From an uncultured Chlorobiota bacterium (GTDB lineage Bacteria > Bacteroidota > Bacteroidia > Bacteroidales > JAADGE01), in contig CAMZKL010000022.1 of the NCBI GenBank assembly GCA_947311255.1, forward strand, positions 80,225-144,224: 64,000 nucleotides of DNA. Reading direction: 5' to 3'. The notes beneath the pieces are model-generated. The model searched no databases. It was given only the letters and a program-made list of their open reading frames with translations, and was not told where the DNA came from. A program made the position numbers and the translations under genes. The stretch's first letter is position 1; each line of letters opens with the position of its first letter. Positions 10,526-20,636 of this stretch are shown piece after piece.

Positions 10526-12043
10526 ATGAGCAAAAAAGCATTACTTATGATACTCGATGGTTGGGGTATTGGAAATAAAACAAAATCAGATATTATAAGT
10601 CAAGGAAGCACACCCTACATTGACAGTTTGAAAAACAAATACCCTAATTCTAAGTTACTTACAGACGGAGAAAATGTAGGTTTACCGAAAGGGCAAATGG
10701 GCAACTCCGAAGTAGGACACCTAAATATTGGTGCTGGAAGAGTGGTTTTTCAAGATTTAGTAAAAATAAACAAAGCCGTTGAAGACAATTCAATTTCTAA
10801 TAATCCTGTTTTAACAAAAGCATTTCAATATGCAAAAGAAAATAATAAGGCTGTTCATTTTCTGGGATTAATTTCTGATGGAGGAGTACATTCTTCGCAA
10901 AAACATCTTTATAAACTATGTGATATAACAAAAGATTACGGATTGAAAGATGTATTTATCCATGCAATTACTGACGGAAGAGATACTGACCCACATAGTG
11001 GGAAAGGATATTTACAGGAACTTATAAATCACTTAAACACTTCTAATGGGCAAATTGCAAGTCTTATAGGAAGATATTATACAATGGACAGGGATAAACG
11101 ATGGGACAGAATTAAAAAAGGCTATGATCTAATGACTGCCGGTATTGGAAAAAACTCTACAAATATAATTAATGCTATTTCAAAATCTTATGAAGAGGGT
11201 TTTACGGATGAATTTATAAATCCGGTAGTTTTTGTTGATGAAAATAAAAACCCTATTGGAATAATTAAAGACGAAGATGTAGTAGTTTGTTTTAATTTTA
11301 GAACTGATAGGTTAAGACAAATAACAACTGTTTTAACACAAAAAAGTATGCCGGAATATAATATGAATACTTTTGATTTGCATTATCTTACAATGACAAG
11401 ATATGATAAAAATTTTAAAAACGTTAATATAATTTTCAATAAAGAAAATGTAAAAAACACAATAGGCGAATTATTGGCAAAATCCGGTAAGAAACAATTA
11501 AGAATTGCCGAAACTGAAAAATTTGCTCATGTAACATTTTTTTTCTCGGGAGGGCAAGATGCTGAATTTCAGGGAGAAAAAAGAATACTAGTTCCTTCGC
11601 CAAAAGTAGCAACTTATGATTTGCAACCCGAAATGAGTGCATACTTAGTTGCCGAAAAACTTGTTGCCGAACTAAAAAAACAAGAACATGATTTCATTTG
11701 CTTGAATTTTGCAAACGGAGATATGGTTGGACATACAGGAATTGTTAAAGCAATATTAAAAGCTGTTAAAGCTGTTGACGAAAATGTTAAAAATGTTGTA
11801 GAAACTGCCAAAGAAAACGGTTATTCTGTTATGATTATTGCTGACCATGGAAATGCCGACTATGCAGTTAATGATGATGGTTCTCCAAATACTGCACATT
11901 CGTTAAATCCGGTGCCATGTATTTTGGTTGATGAAGATTATTCAGAAATAAAGAACGGTATTCTTGCAGATGTTGCTCCTACCCTTCTAAAAATTATGGG
12001 AATGGAAATTCCAAAGGAAATGACGGGAAAAATTTTAATTTAA
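10526..12043 (+). CDS. gpmI: 2,3-bisphosphoglycerate-independent phosphoglycerate mutase
   Basis: 505 aa. [22 protein letters not shown] and ADHGNAD motifs are typical of iPGM. Confidence 0.95.
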   Translation: MSKKALLMILDGWGIGNKTKSDIISQGSTPYIDSLKNKYPNSKLLTDGENVGLPKGQMGNSEVGHLNIGAGRVVFQDLVKINKAVEDNSISNNPVLTKAFQYAKENNKAVHFLGLISDGGVHSSQKHLYKLCDITKDYGLKDVFIHAITDGRDTDPHSGKGYLQELINHLNTSNGQIASLIGRYYTMDRDKRWDRIKKGYDLMTAGIGKNSTNIINAISKSYEEGFTDEFINPVVFVDENKNPIGIIKDEDVVVCFNFRTDRLRQITTVLTQKSMPEYNMNTFDLHYLTMTRYDKNFKNVNIIFNKENVKNTIGELLAKSGKKQLRIAETEKFAHVTFFFSGGQDAEFQGEKRILVPSPKVATYDLQPEMSAYLVAEKLVAELKKQEHDFICLNFANGDMVGHTGIVKAILKAVKAVDENVKNVVETAKENGYSVMIIADHGNADYAVNDDGSPNTAHSLNPVPCILVDEDYSEIKNGILADVAPTLLKIMGMEIPKEMTGKILI

Positions 12044-12044
12044 A

Positions 12045-12629
12045 ATGAATTTCCTTGCACACATATACCTATCCGGCGACAATGACGATATTAAATTTGG
12101 AAATTTTATAGGAGATTGGGTTAAAGGAAATAAGTGGAACAGATATACCAAGGATATTAGAAAAGGTATTCTTTTACATAGAGAAATTGACAGTTACACA
12201 GATAAACATTCTGTTGTAAGAAAAAGTGTCCATCGTCTGCAACCTGCATACGGAAAATATGCCGGAGTAGCAGTAGATATTTTATACGATCATTTTCTTG
12301 CAAAAAACTGGAAGAATTATTGCGAAGAAGATTTAAAAAGCTATGTAATTGATTTTCATTACCTTGTTCTTGAAAGATTGGGCAAAATTCCTAAAAAAGG
12401 AAGACGTTTTGCATTTCCTTTTATGCGAAAGAAGCGACTTATTTGTTATGCAAATTTATCTTGTTTTGAAGAAGTCCTTGAAAAAATGGCAATTTATACT
12501 TCAATGCCGGATAAAGTTAATGAAGCAATGGCAATAGTTAGTAGAGAATACAATTTATTTTTCGAAGATTTTAAAGAATTTTTTCCTGACTTGCAGGCAT
12601 TTTCAAAAACTTTTTTGGATAAAGATTAA
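12045..12629 (+). CDS. acpH: ACP phosphodiesterase family protein
   Basis: N-terminus MNFLAHIYLSGDNDDIKFGNFIGDWVKG is characteristic of AcpH. Starts 1 nt after the gpmI stop. Confidence 0.8.
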   Translation: MNFLAHIYLSGDNDDIKFGNFIGDWVKGNKWNRYTKDIRKGILLHREIDSYTDKHSVVRKSVHRLQPAYGKYAGVAVDILYDHFLAKNWKNYCEEDLKSYVIDFHYLVLERLGKIPKKGRRFAFPFMRKKRLICYANLSCFEEVLEKMAIYTSMPDKVNEAMAIVSREYNLFFEDFKEFFPDLQAFSKTFLDKD

Positions 12630-12697
12630 TTGTTTCAATTTTAAACCGATGTCTAGTCATAAAGACTCTGGTAGAATTTTGTATCACAATTAGGTCA

Positions 12698-13351
12698 TCA
12701 AACTTGTTTAACTGCTCTAACCATATGTCTTTTTCCGGCAGGTCCTTTTAGCCTTTTAACTTCAAATCCGGCATTTCTTAATGCTTCCTTAACAATTCCT
12801 TTTGCTGAATATGTTACAAGAATACCATCTTTTTTTGTTGCTTCATATAGTTTTAAAAATACCTTGGTTGTCCAAAGTTTTGGTTGTTTGTTTGGTGCAA
12901 AAGCGTCAAAATAAATTAAATCGTATTCTTTTGTAGCTTGAAAATTAATTAAATCAATCTTTTGTTTTTGTAAAATAAAATTTCCTGAGATATTTATTTC
13001 TTCTTCCCAATTTGAATTATGAATTTTTAAAAAAGTATCAGAATTAAAAATTGTTTCTTTTTGTAACTGTTCAATAATTTCATTTTTTAGAGGATATTTT
13101 TCAATACCTTTGTAAAACACATTCTTATTACTATTTTTAATTTCATTATATGTTAAAATAACATTTAATCCTGTTCCTAAACCTATTTCCAAAATATTGA
13201 TATTATTTTTTGAAATTTGATTTAAGCCGGCATTAATAAAAACGTGCATTGATTCCTGCAAAGCTCCATTTATTGAATGATAGTGTTCATCAATTTCTTC
13301 CAAATAAAGTGTTGGAGATTTATCTGCTGTATGTATAATTTTTGGTCTCAA
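12698..13351 (-). CDS. mnmD: tRNA (5-methylaminomethyl-2-thiouridine) methyltransferase, MnmC methyltransferase-domain-only type
   Basis: SAM motif ILEIGLGTGLN and IYFDAFAPNKQPKLWT, as in the MnmC methyltransferase domain; 217 aa. Confidence 0.75.
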   Translation of the reverse strand: MRPKIIHTADKSPTLYLEEIDEHYHSINGALQESMHVFINAGLNQISKNNINILEIGLGTGLNVILTYNEIKNSNKNVFYKGIEKYPLKNEIIEQLQKETIFNSDTFLKIHNSNWEEEINISGNFILQKQKIDLINFQATKEYDLIYFDAFAPNKQPKLWTTKVFLKLYEATKKDGILVTYSAKGIVKEALRNAGFEVKRLKGPAGKRHMVRAVKQV

Positions 13352-13354
13352 GTT

Positions 13355-14584
13355 CTATAAAAACTCTAAATTAAAAGCATGTCTGTCTAATGTTTCATCT
13401 ATAATTTGTACATTATTTGAACTACTTACAGTTCCAATTATTGGTTTATTATTAGAAATTCTCTTTGCGCTAAAAATAACATTATTTTCTGTATCAACTG
13501 CCATTGCATAAATTTCAAATTCATTGTTATTAAAAAGTGCTTCATAATTAAAATCAAAATCAAATTTGAAAATATTTTTTTCAGTTGCAAGATAAAAATG
13601 GTCTGCTGATTTTTTAACATCAAAAGCATTTTCGTATTCTGGAAAATAAATCGCTGCATTATCTGTATTTTGCAGAGTTTCAGAAAACAAAATTGCACCT
13701 TTTGATAGTTTATTTATAAACAATACTCTATTATTTAATTTTACTTTTAGATAAAATGCAGAGGATAAAGAGAATCCACCATAAAAATCAATTCCTTCAA
13801 TAATATTAGTAATTGTATAAGATGAGTTATTAGTGTCTATTTTATCTATATAGTTATTTGTATTTGTACCTGTTCTATATATGTAAAATGAATTATCATT
13901 TCCTAACCAAAAGTATTTAATATTACCTGAAATTTCTGTATCAAGCGGAATTATATCTCCGGTAGGCTTTTTCAAATAAAAATTATTGGAAGTTGAAGAA
14001 TACAATATAAAACCATCATTATTTATGCTATATTCATTAACATCATCATTATTGTATGTTGAAACTTCTTCACTCTGTGAGTAAGTTTGAGTAATTTTAT
14101 AAATTTTTGAATAATCTAAAAAATAAAAATTATTATTGTATGTTTGGATGCTTGATATAGAATTTGAAATATTTTCAGAAATATCAAAAATTTTCCCTGT
14201 TGATTTCTCAATAACACTCAAACCTGCATTTGCACGAATTTTTCCTTCATTATCCCATAACTTTGAGTTATAATTGTCAATTAATAAAAACTTATTTGCA
14301 TTAATATATTTATATACAAATAGAAAAGCTTCTCTTGGGTTTTCATAAATAGTAGTCCCGTCAGTATTTATTAAATCTATTCTTTTAATTTCATTTGAAT
14401 TAAGAATTTTATAAAAGTTTCCTTTTGTGGTAAAAGTTTCATTGGTATAAAAAACAGCCTTTGCATCGGTTAAATCTGCTCTTGGGCTAAAAACTTTTTT
14501 TTCGGGTATTGGTTTGCTTGGCTTTTTGCAGTTTATTGTAACAATAGTAAATAAAGATAATATTAGAATGCTAACTTGTTTCAT
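13355..14584 (-). CDS. hypothetical lipoprotein (repeat-rich, possibly beta-propeller-like)
   Basis: Signal plus lipobox-like LFTIVTINC. Asn/Tyr-rich repetitive body. No family recognised. Confidence 0.6.
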   Translation of the reverse strand: MKQVSILILSLFTIVTINCKKPSKPIPEKKVFSPRADLTDAKAVFYTNETFTTKGNFYKILNSNEIKRIDLINTDGTTIYENPREAFLFVYKYINANKFLLIDNYNSKLWDNEGKIRANAGLSVIEKSTGKIFDISENISNSISSIQTYNNNFYFLDYSKIYKITQTYSQSEEVSTYNNDDVNEYSINNDGFILYSSTSNNFYLKKPTGDIIPLDTEISGNIKYFWLGNDNSFYIYRTGTNTNNYIDKIDTNNSSYTITNIIEGIDFYGGFSLSSAFYLKVKLNNRVLFINKLSKGAILFSETLQNTDNAAIYFPEYENAFDVKKSADHFYLATEKNIFKFDFDFNYEALFNNNEFEIYAMAVDTENNVIFSAKRISNNKPIIGTVSSSNNVQIIDETLDRHAFNLEFL

Positions 14585-14644
14585 AATTTTTATTTTAAAT
14601 AAAGTTTATTATTTTATATATATTAGAAATTTATAAAAAAACTA

Positions 14645-17119
14645 TTACATAGGATCAACATCTGGTAAAACTTGAACAGATTTGAATTTTTTATTCATTT
14701 TAAGGTTATCAATTGCATCTATGATTAAATCTTTTGCTTTTTTTTGCGAAACTTTCTTTTCTAATTTTATAAGAATTGTTTTTATATGCCAAGTTTTTAT
14801 CCATGAAATTACAGGAAACTCAGGACCTAAAACTCTACTTCCAAAAATAGATTTTAAATGCTTTGCTAAATATTCTGATGCTTCATTAACAAGCTCTTTC
14901 TTTTTGTGCTTTATTTTTATTTCAATTAGTCTGTTATAAGGAGGATATTTATATTGTTTCCTAATTCTTAATTGACTTTCAAACATTGCAATATAGTCGT
15001 TTTCAATAACATTCTTAATTATAAGATGTTTCTTGTCTGATGTTTGTATTATTACTTTTCCTTGTTTATTTTTTCTTCCTGCTCGTCCACTTACTTGTGC
15101 CATTAATTGATAACTTCGTTCAAATGCTCTGAAATCGGGAAAATTAAGCATACTGTCGGCATTCATAATTCCTACTAGTGCAACATTATCAAAATCTAAA
15201 CCTTTTGAAACCATTTGAGTTCCAATCAAAACATTTGTTTTTCCGGTTTCAAATTCATATATTATTTTTTGATATTTTTTTCGGCTTCCCGTACTGTCTG
15301 TATCCATTCTGGAAACTTTTACTTCTGGGAACAATTCTTTTATTTCATCTTCTATTTTTTGTGTTCCAAAACCCCTGGTAACCATAGCGTTACTTTCACA
15401 GGCTTTACATTTGCGTGAAGCTCTTTCGGAGAAACCGCAATAATGACAAACCAACTGATTATTATATTTATGATATGTAAGACTTACATCGCAGTTTTCA
15501 CAACGAGGAATATATCCACAAATTTGGCATTCTGTAAAAGGAGAAAAACCTCTTCGGTTCTGGAAAAGGATTATTTGTTCTTTATTTTCAAGTGTCTTTT
15601 TTATTGCATCTAACAATTCAGGTGCAAATAAAGACCGCATTTGCTTTTTTCTTTTTGCTTCTTTCGTATCTGCGATTTCAATTTTGGGCAAACTAATATC
15701 TTTGTATCTATGAGCTAGTTCAACTAATGCGAATTTGCCTATTTTTGCATTAAAATAACTTTCTATTGCTGGGGTTGCAGTTCCCAAAAGAACTTTTGCT
15801 TTATGAAGTTGTGCCAAAACAATTGAAGAATCTCTTGCATTATATCTTGGAGCAGGATTATATTGTTTGTATGTATTTTCGTGTTCTTCATCAACAATAA
15901 TTAAACCCAAATTATTAAAAGGCAGGAATATTGATGACCTAACTCCAAGAATTATTTGATATTCTCCCTTTTGCAAATTATTCCATACTTCTACCCTTTC
16001 ATTATCATTAAATTTTGAATGGTAAACTCCTAATTTATTACCGAATATTTTTTCCAGACGAATAGTTATTTGCCCTGTTAATGCAATTTCTGGAAGAAGA
16101 TATAAAACTTGTTTCCCTTGTTTTAATTGATCTTCTATTAGTTTTATATAAATTTCGGTTTTCCCGGAAGATGTTATACCATGAAACAAAACAACATTTT
16201 TTTCTTTAAATTTTTCTGTAATTTCAGTAAGAGATTTTTGTTGGTATTTATTTAAATTTTTATTTTCAAAGTCTTCATACTTTGTATGAATTAGTCTGCT
16301 AACTTCTTTTTGTTCAATTTTGAGCAAACCTTTGTCCAATAATGCTTTAAGGTTTGCAGGCTTGGCTTCTGTATGTTTCAACAAATCTTTTTTTAGGAAA
16401 TATTCAGCAGGTTTCAATCCTTCAAATTTATCACTTCCATATTTAGTTAAATAGATAAAAGCCATCAATAATTCTGTTTGTTTTTTTGCTTTTTGAAGTG
16501 TATTTAAAACTTTTGCAAGTTCCTTTTCATTTTTTAAATTATCAGATAAACTTATATAATCTTCAAATTTAGGTTTATATTTTTTCTTTAAATATTCTTC
16601 TGCTGTAACGATTTCTTTTTCAATTAGTTTTTTTATAATAGGAAGTGAATTAAAATCAGTTTCTTTTTCAATTTTACTAATTGCTAAAAAATTTTCATTT
16701 GTTAATAATCCTATTACGAGTTCTTCTTTTTCGGAAATATCTGAATAATTTGCATTGATATTTAGCGTAATATTCGTTTCACTTTCTAATTTAAGACCTG
16801 CAGGAAGTGCTGCTTTATATACCTCTCCTAATGTTGTCATATAATATTCTGCAATCCAATCCCAAAATTTGAATTGAAAATCATTTATTATAGGATATGC
16901 ATCTAAAATAGAATTGATTTCTTTTGTTTGATATTCAGGTTTTTGTGAATGTATTTCTTTAATAATACCGGTATATATTTTTTTATTCCCAAACTGAACA
17001 ATTGCACGTTTTCCTGCTTTGCAATCATGTAATAAGTTATTAGGCACTTCATAAGTAAACAATTTTGGAAGGGGAACAGGTATAATTATGTTTGCGTATG
17101 TTTTTTGTGCTTTTTGCAT
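14645..17119 (-). CDS. priA: primosomal protein N' (replication restart helicase)
   Basis: 824 aa. Walker A GITSSGKT, DEEH box (IIVDEEHE) and a Cys-rich zinc region (CQICG...CENCD...CHYCG...CKAC). Confidence 0.93.
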   Translation of the reverse strand: MQKAQKTYANIIIPVPLPKLFTYEVPNNLLHDCKAGKRAIVQFGNKKIYTGIIKEIHSQKPEYQTKEINSILDAYPIINDFQFKFWDWIAEYYMTTLGEVYKAALPAGLKLESETNITLNINANYSDISEKEELVIGLLTNENFLAISKIEKETDFNSLPIIKKLIEKEIVTAEEYLKKKYKPKFEDYISLSDNLKNEKELAKVLNTLQKAKKQTELLMAFIYLTKYGSDKFEGLKPAEYFLKKDLLKHTEAKPANLKALLDKGLLKIEQKEVSRLIHTKYEDFENKNLNKYQQKSLTEITEKFKEKNVVLFHGITSSGKTEIYIKLIEDQLKQGKQVLYLLPEIALTGQITIRLEKIFGNKLGVYHSKFNDNERVEVWNNLQKGEYQIILGVRSSIFLPFNNLGLIIVDEEHENTYKQYNPAPRYNARDSSIVLAQLHKAKVLLGTATPAIESYFNAKIGKFALVELAHRYKDISLPKIEIADTKEAKRKKQMRSLFAPELLDAIKKTLENKEQIILFQNRRGFSPFTECQICGYIPRCENCDVSLTYHKYNNQLVCHYCGFSERASRKCKACESNAMVTRGFGTQKIEDEIKELFPEVKVSRMDTDSTGSRKKYQKIIYEFETGKTNVLIGTQMVSKGLDFDNVALVGIMNADSMLNFPDFRAFERSYQLMAQVSGRAGRKNKQGKVIIQTSDKKHLIIKNVIENDYIAMFESQLRIRKQYKYPPYNRLIEIKIKHKKKELVNEASEYLAKHLKSIFGSRVLGPEFPVISWIKTWHIKTILIKLEKKVSQKKAKDLIIDAIDNLKMNKKFKSVQVLPDVDPM

Positions 17120-17179
17120 TATAGATTTAAAAAATATTTTTATGTAAATTTAAAAGAATATTTAATTTTGAAGAAAAAA

Positions 17180-17284
17180 ATGTCAGATTTACACTTATTG
17201 CAAATTATTGGTATTATTGTTTTATCTCATATAATATTAGGTTTTGCATATATTATTTATAAAATTTATAGGAAAAAAGACTAA
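17180..17284 (+). CDS. candidate small membrane protein (34 aa)
   Basis: Below the ORF-track cutoff. MSDLHLLQIIGIIVLSHIILGFAYIIYKIYRKKD has one hydrophobic helix and a basic tail. An exact -7 box TAATTTTG sits at 17163-17170, 10 nt upstream of the ATG. There is no homology evidence. Confidence 0.3.
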   Translation: MSDLHLLQIIGIIVLSHIILGFAYIIYKIYRKKD

Positions 17285-17503
17285 AATTAGCTATTTTGGT
17301 CTATACTCATCTTTTTTGGGTGTTATATGCAAAACAACAAAAAACATTAACTACCAGTTTACAGCCAAATAATAAAGTATAACAAGATTAATCTTCTAGT
17401 ATCTAAGCCCTTTAAACTGAACTTTTTAGTTTTAAGAGAGCTCAAATGTTAAAATTTCTTAAATTTATTTAACAATTCTTAATCTTTTGTAAAATATTTT
17501 ATT

Positions 17504-17511
17504 TATTTTTG
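17504..17511 (+). promoter_or_regulatory. -7 box TATTTTTG for the deacetylase gene
   Basis: Exact TAnnTTTG match 26 nt upstream of the start at 17537. Confidence 0.4.
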
Positions 17512-17536
17512 CGTTTGAAAGAAAAACTTATGCTTT

Positions 17537-18253
17537 TTGGAAACTTTATTAAGACCTAAATATAGAAAATTTTCAGACCTGTTAATTCACCCACCTCAAG
17601 TTGTTAAAAACTTATTTGGAAGTATTACTTGGAAAGTAAACACAGATAAAAAAATTATATATTTAACTTTTGACGATGGTCCTATTCCAATTATTACAGA
17701 AAGAATTTTAGATATTTTAAATATCTTTAATGCAAAGGCTACTTTTTTTTGTGTTGGGGAAAATGTTAAAAAATATCCTTCTATTTATAAAGAAATTTTA
17801 TCGGAAGGTCATGTAACGGGCAATCATACATATTCTCATCTTCAAGGTTTAAAAACAAGCACAAAAGATTATCTATATAACATTAAAAAAGCTGCGGAAT
17901 ATATTGAATCAGATTTATTTAGACCACCGCATGGTAGAATGAGAAATTCACAACAGAATGAAATTATTAAAAATTATAATATAGTTCTTTGGGATGTTTT
18001 ATCATTAGATTATAATAAAAATATTTCTGAACAAAACTGCTTAGAAAATGTTAAACATTTTACTAGACCAGGTTCTGTTATAGTTTTTCATGATAATATT
18101 AAGGCTAAGAACAATATGTTTTATGCTTTAACCCAAACATTACTTTTATATAGTGAGGCGGGTTATAAGTTTGAAACTCTTAATTCCGAAATAATAAAAA
18201 AAGTTGTTAAGCCTGAAAAACGTGTTCCTGTTTTTAGCAGTTTCTTCTTTTAA
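17537..18253 (+). CDS. polysaccharide deacetylase (NodB homology) family protein
   Basis: LTFDDGP motif, HTYSH and later FHD motifs. Apparent TTG start. Confidence 0.85.
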   Translation: METLLRPKYRKFSDLLIHPPQVVKNLFGSITWKVNTDKKIIYLTFDDGPIPIITERILDILNIFNAKATFFCVGENVKKYPSIYKEILSEGHVTGNHTYSHLQGLKTSTKDYLYNIKKAAEYIESDLFRPPHGRMRNSQQNEIIKNYNIVLWDVLSLDYNKNISEQNCLENVKHFTRPGSVIVFHDNIKAKNNMFYALTQTLLLYSEAGYKFETLNSEIIKKVVKPEKRVPVFSSFFF

Positions 18254-18274
18254 CAGCTTATTCTAATTTATTTT

Positions 18275-19054
18275 CTAACGATTAAAAGGTTTTCCTAATG
18301 TGTTTTTAAGATTTTTGTATTTATTTAAATCACATTTTATTGTACTGAAACCAATTTTTACACGAATTTTAACAGGAATAAAATTCCCATCATCAGAAAA
18401 CCAAACTTGCATATCTTTTTCTTTTTTAAAAGGACTTTCTTGATCTAAAACAGGAACGAACCTCATACATCTAATTTTTCCGAACTTTGTTCTGACTTTT
18501 TCAGTTTCTTTGTATTTTACTTTAATTGTATAAAGCTTTTCATCAAAGAAAGTAGTAAGATTTATTATATCATTCTTTTTAAATTCTTTTTTAAAAATAC
18601 TCCTTCTTGCATAGTAAAAAGCAGAAAGAATATCTAATGTGCCAGCAGGTACTTTATGTTCGCCAGATTTTAGACTTATTACTTTGTTGTTATCTCTGTC
18701 AAAAATTATTTCATTATATCTTTTATATGAATTTTCATTAATATCTCTAATTGCTTGCAAGGGCATACCTGTTGATATATCAATATAACTTTCGTATCTG
18801 TCTCTAACATTAGCAACACTACCAACTAATCCAGATGTTTTAGCAAGTGCTTTCACATGAAAGTACCAATCATATCCTACTTGTTCTAAGTCTATCTTCA
18901 TTTCTGCATATCCTCCGCTAATAATTCCGTATTTGACTTTAAATTTAAGATATTCTCCTGAATTAAATGCTGTGTTTATTATCGGTATAGAATCATTCTG
19001 AGAAAATGATGATATTGAAAAAAGGATAAATGATAATATTATTAGTTTTTTCAT
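18275..19054 (-). CDS. DUF3108-like secreted protein
   Basis: Signal peptide MKKLIILSFILFSISSFSQ. GEYLKFKVKYGIISGGYAEMKI and overall length recall DUF3108. This assignment is from memory only. Confidence 0.6.
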   Translation of the reverse strand: MKKLIILSFILFSISSFSQNDSIPIINTAFNSGEYLKFKVKYGIISGGYAEMKIDLEQVGYDWYFHVKALAKTSGLVGSVANVRDRYESYIDISTGMPLQAIRDINENSYKRYNEIIFDRDNNKVISLKSGEHKVPAGTLDILSAFYYARRSIFKKEFKKNDIINLTTFFDEKLYTIKVKYKETEKVRTKFGKIRCMRFVPVLDQESPFKKEKDMQVWFSDDGNFIPVKIRVKIGFSTIKCDLNKYKNLKNTLGKPFNR

Positions 19055-19225
19055 GCTTCTAGGATTGTATGATTAATTGATATTGAATAAGTTGTATAAA
19101 AATTTATATTTAAAATAGTTACGCTGTTCAGCACATAGGAACACTTTCTTTTTTCTGCAAGTAATCATTGTGCTAAAAAATAGTCATCTCCTTGGGTATC
19201 AAATTTTTTGACGTTGATGTTTCAT
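19055..19225 (-). promoter_or_regulatory. conserved leader cassette, copy A (upstream of the DUF3108-like gene)
   Basis: See copy B. The core 19131-19225 (minus strand) begins ATGAAACAT and ends TTCCTATGTGC. The homology runs on to the start codon at 19054. Confidence 0.7.
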
Positions 19226-19295
19226 TTGTCTAAAAATCTTAAAAATTTGAAAATGTAAAATTAAAAGTTAATTTGTATTTAATAAATATGAACAA

Positions 19296-19366
19296 ATAAA
19301 TTGCATTATTTTTAGTCCATCTCTTTGAGTATCAAAAATATTTGTTATTGGTAATTGGCATTTCAT
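19296..19366 (-). repeat. degenerate half copy of the leader cassette (A2)
   Basis: Minus strand reads ATGAAATGCC...TTTTTGATACTCAAAGAGATGGACTA. This parallels ATGAAACATC...AATTTGATACCCAAGGAGATGACTA of copy A, with a longer spacer. Confidence 0.4.
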
Positions 19367-19420
19367 TTTTAATCGTTGTATAACTAAAACTATTCTTATT
19401 ACAAAAATATTAATTAAAAT

Positions 19421-19450
19421 AAAAAAAGCGGGAAAACCCGCTTTTTTTTT
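19421..19450 (-). terminator. rho-independent terminator (bidirectional shape) after the OmpA-family gene
   Basis: AGCGGG-AAAA-CCCGCT hairpin flanked by an A-run on one side and a T-run on the other, 14 nt downstream of the stop at 19464. Confidence 0.75.
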
Positions 19451-19463
19451 GTTAATGTATATA

Positions 19464-20636
19464 TTAAAACTTAACAATTTTAATTTCTACTCTTCTGTTG
19501 AATCCTTCTTCTTCTTCTGTTTCTGGTATAGGGTATATTTCATTCTTACTTCCCATTCCCTCAATTCCAATTCTTGATGTGGAAATTTTATTATCTACTA
19601 AATACTTTCTTATAACTTCTGCCCTGTTAGTTGATAATTCAAAATCAACATCGGTACTTGGGAATAATCCATTTGTATGACCTTGTAGGATAATTTCTGC
19701 TTTATCATTAAACTTCATAAACATCAATAGTTTCTTTTTAACATATTCTGATTCAGAAGTAATTATTATATCATTAGGTTTGAAATAGATAACTCCAAGA
19801 GTTTCGTTATTATATCCTTTTTTTACTTTATCTAATTTAAAATGTACTTGTTTATTATCTAGCTTATTTGCTTCTGAAGTTGAGAAAAGCTTAAAATCAG
19901 GGAAATAGTTTTCAGAATATGCACTTAATTCATACTTCGGAAAGGTATTAGATTGATTATTTATAAGAATATCAATTTCATAATATCCTTTTTTTTCAGT
20001 CTGAGAAGTAACATATGCATTATTATTTCTTAGGTTTCGCCATTTTATTTCTGCTTTAACTGGTTTATCATTCTTAGCATTTACAACCCTGCCACTTAAC
20101 TTGCTGGTTTTAAGTTGCTTAAATATAATAGTGTGTCCTTTGCCATCTTTGTAAAGATTATTCAGAGCTAAGTAAAAAACATCTCCTTCATTTGTCATTA
20201 CTCCTTTTTCATAGTCTTTATTATTGCCATTATATGATAATCCGGTGGTTCCTTTAATATTTTCTTGAGGACTAAAATTAGATCTTATCGGTGTTATTCT
20301 GTTATTTTTATAATCTTCACAAAAGTTTGGACTTCCTTTATAAAGAATAAAATCATAATTGTCTTTTGGGTTTTGAGGAACTATATCAAAAAGTAAAATG
20401 CCATCATTTTGAATAGTAAATTTATACCATGTTGGATGTTTTGCTAGGTCAAAACTATTACTATTTTCAGATTTCATTTCAATTGGTGCAGTTGTAGGTC
20501 CAAAAATTGTAAATCTTGTTATATCATATGCTTGTTCACATGTACTTGTATTTGAAATATCTACATATGTTTGAGAAGTACTTGAAATAGAAAGTACTAA
20601 AAAGAGTAATAGCGAAATAAAAGATATTTTTTTCAT
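19464..20636 (-). CDS. OmpA-family protein with N-terminal secreted domains
   Basis: Signal peptide, a CarboxypepD_reg-like segment (LSGRVVNAKNDKPVKAEI), and a C-terminal OmpA-like peptidoglycan-binding domain ending NRRVEIKIVKF. Confidence 0.8.
   Translation of the reverse strand: MKKISFISLLLFLVLSISSTSQTYVDISNTSTCEQAYDITRFTIFGPTTAPIEMKSENSNSFDLAKHPTWYKFTIQNDGILLFDIVPQNPKDNYDFILYKGSPNFCEDYKNNRITPIRSNFSPQENIKGTTGLSYNGNNKDYEKGVMTNEGDVFYLALNNLYKDGKGHTIIFKQLKTSKLSGRVVNAKNDKPVKAEIKWRNLRNNNAYVTSQTEKKGYYEIDILINNQSNTFPKYELSAYSENYFPDFKLFSTSEANKLDNKQVHFKLDKVKKGYNNETLGVIYFKPNDIIITSESEYVKKKLLMFMKFNDKAEIILQGHTNGLFPSTDVDFELSTNRAEVIRKYLVDNKISTSRIGIEGMGSKNEIYPIPETEEEEGFNRRVEIKIVKF

Noticed and set aside
19268-19477. 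69-aa minus-strand ORF between the OmpA-family and DUF3108-like genes
   Set aside because: It would start inside the end of the OmpA-family CDS and read straight through the terminator hairpin (19421-19450) and the degenerate leader half copy. It is better explained as non-coding.
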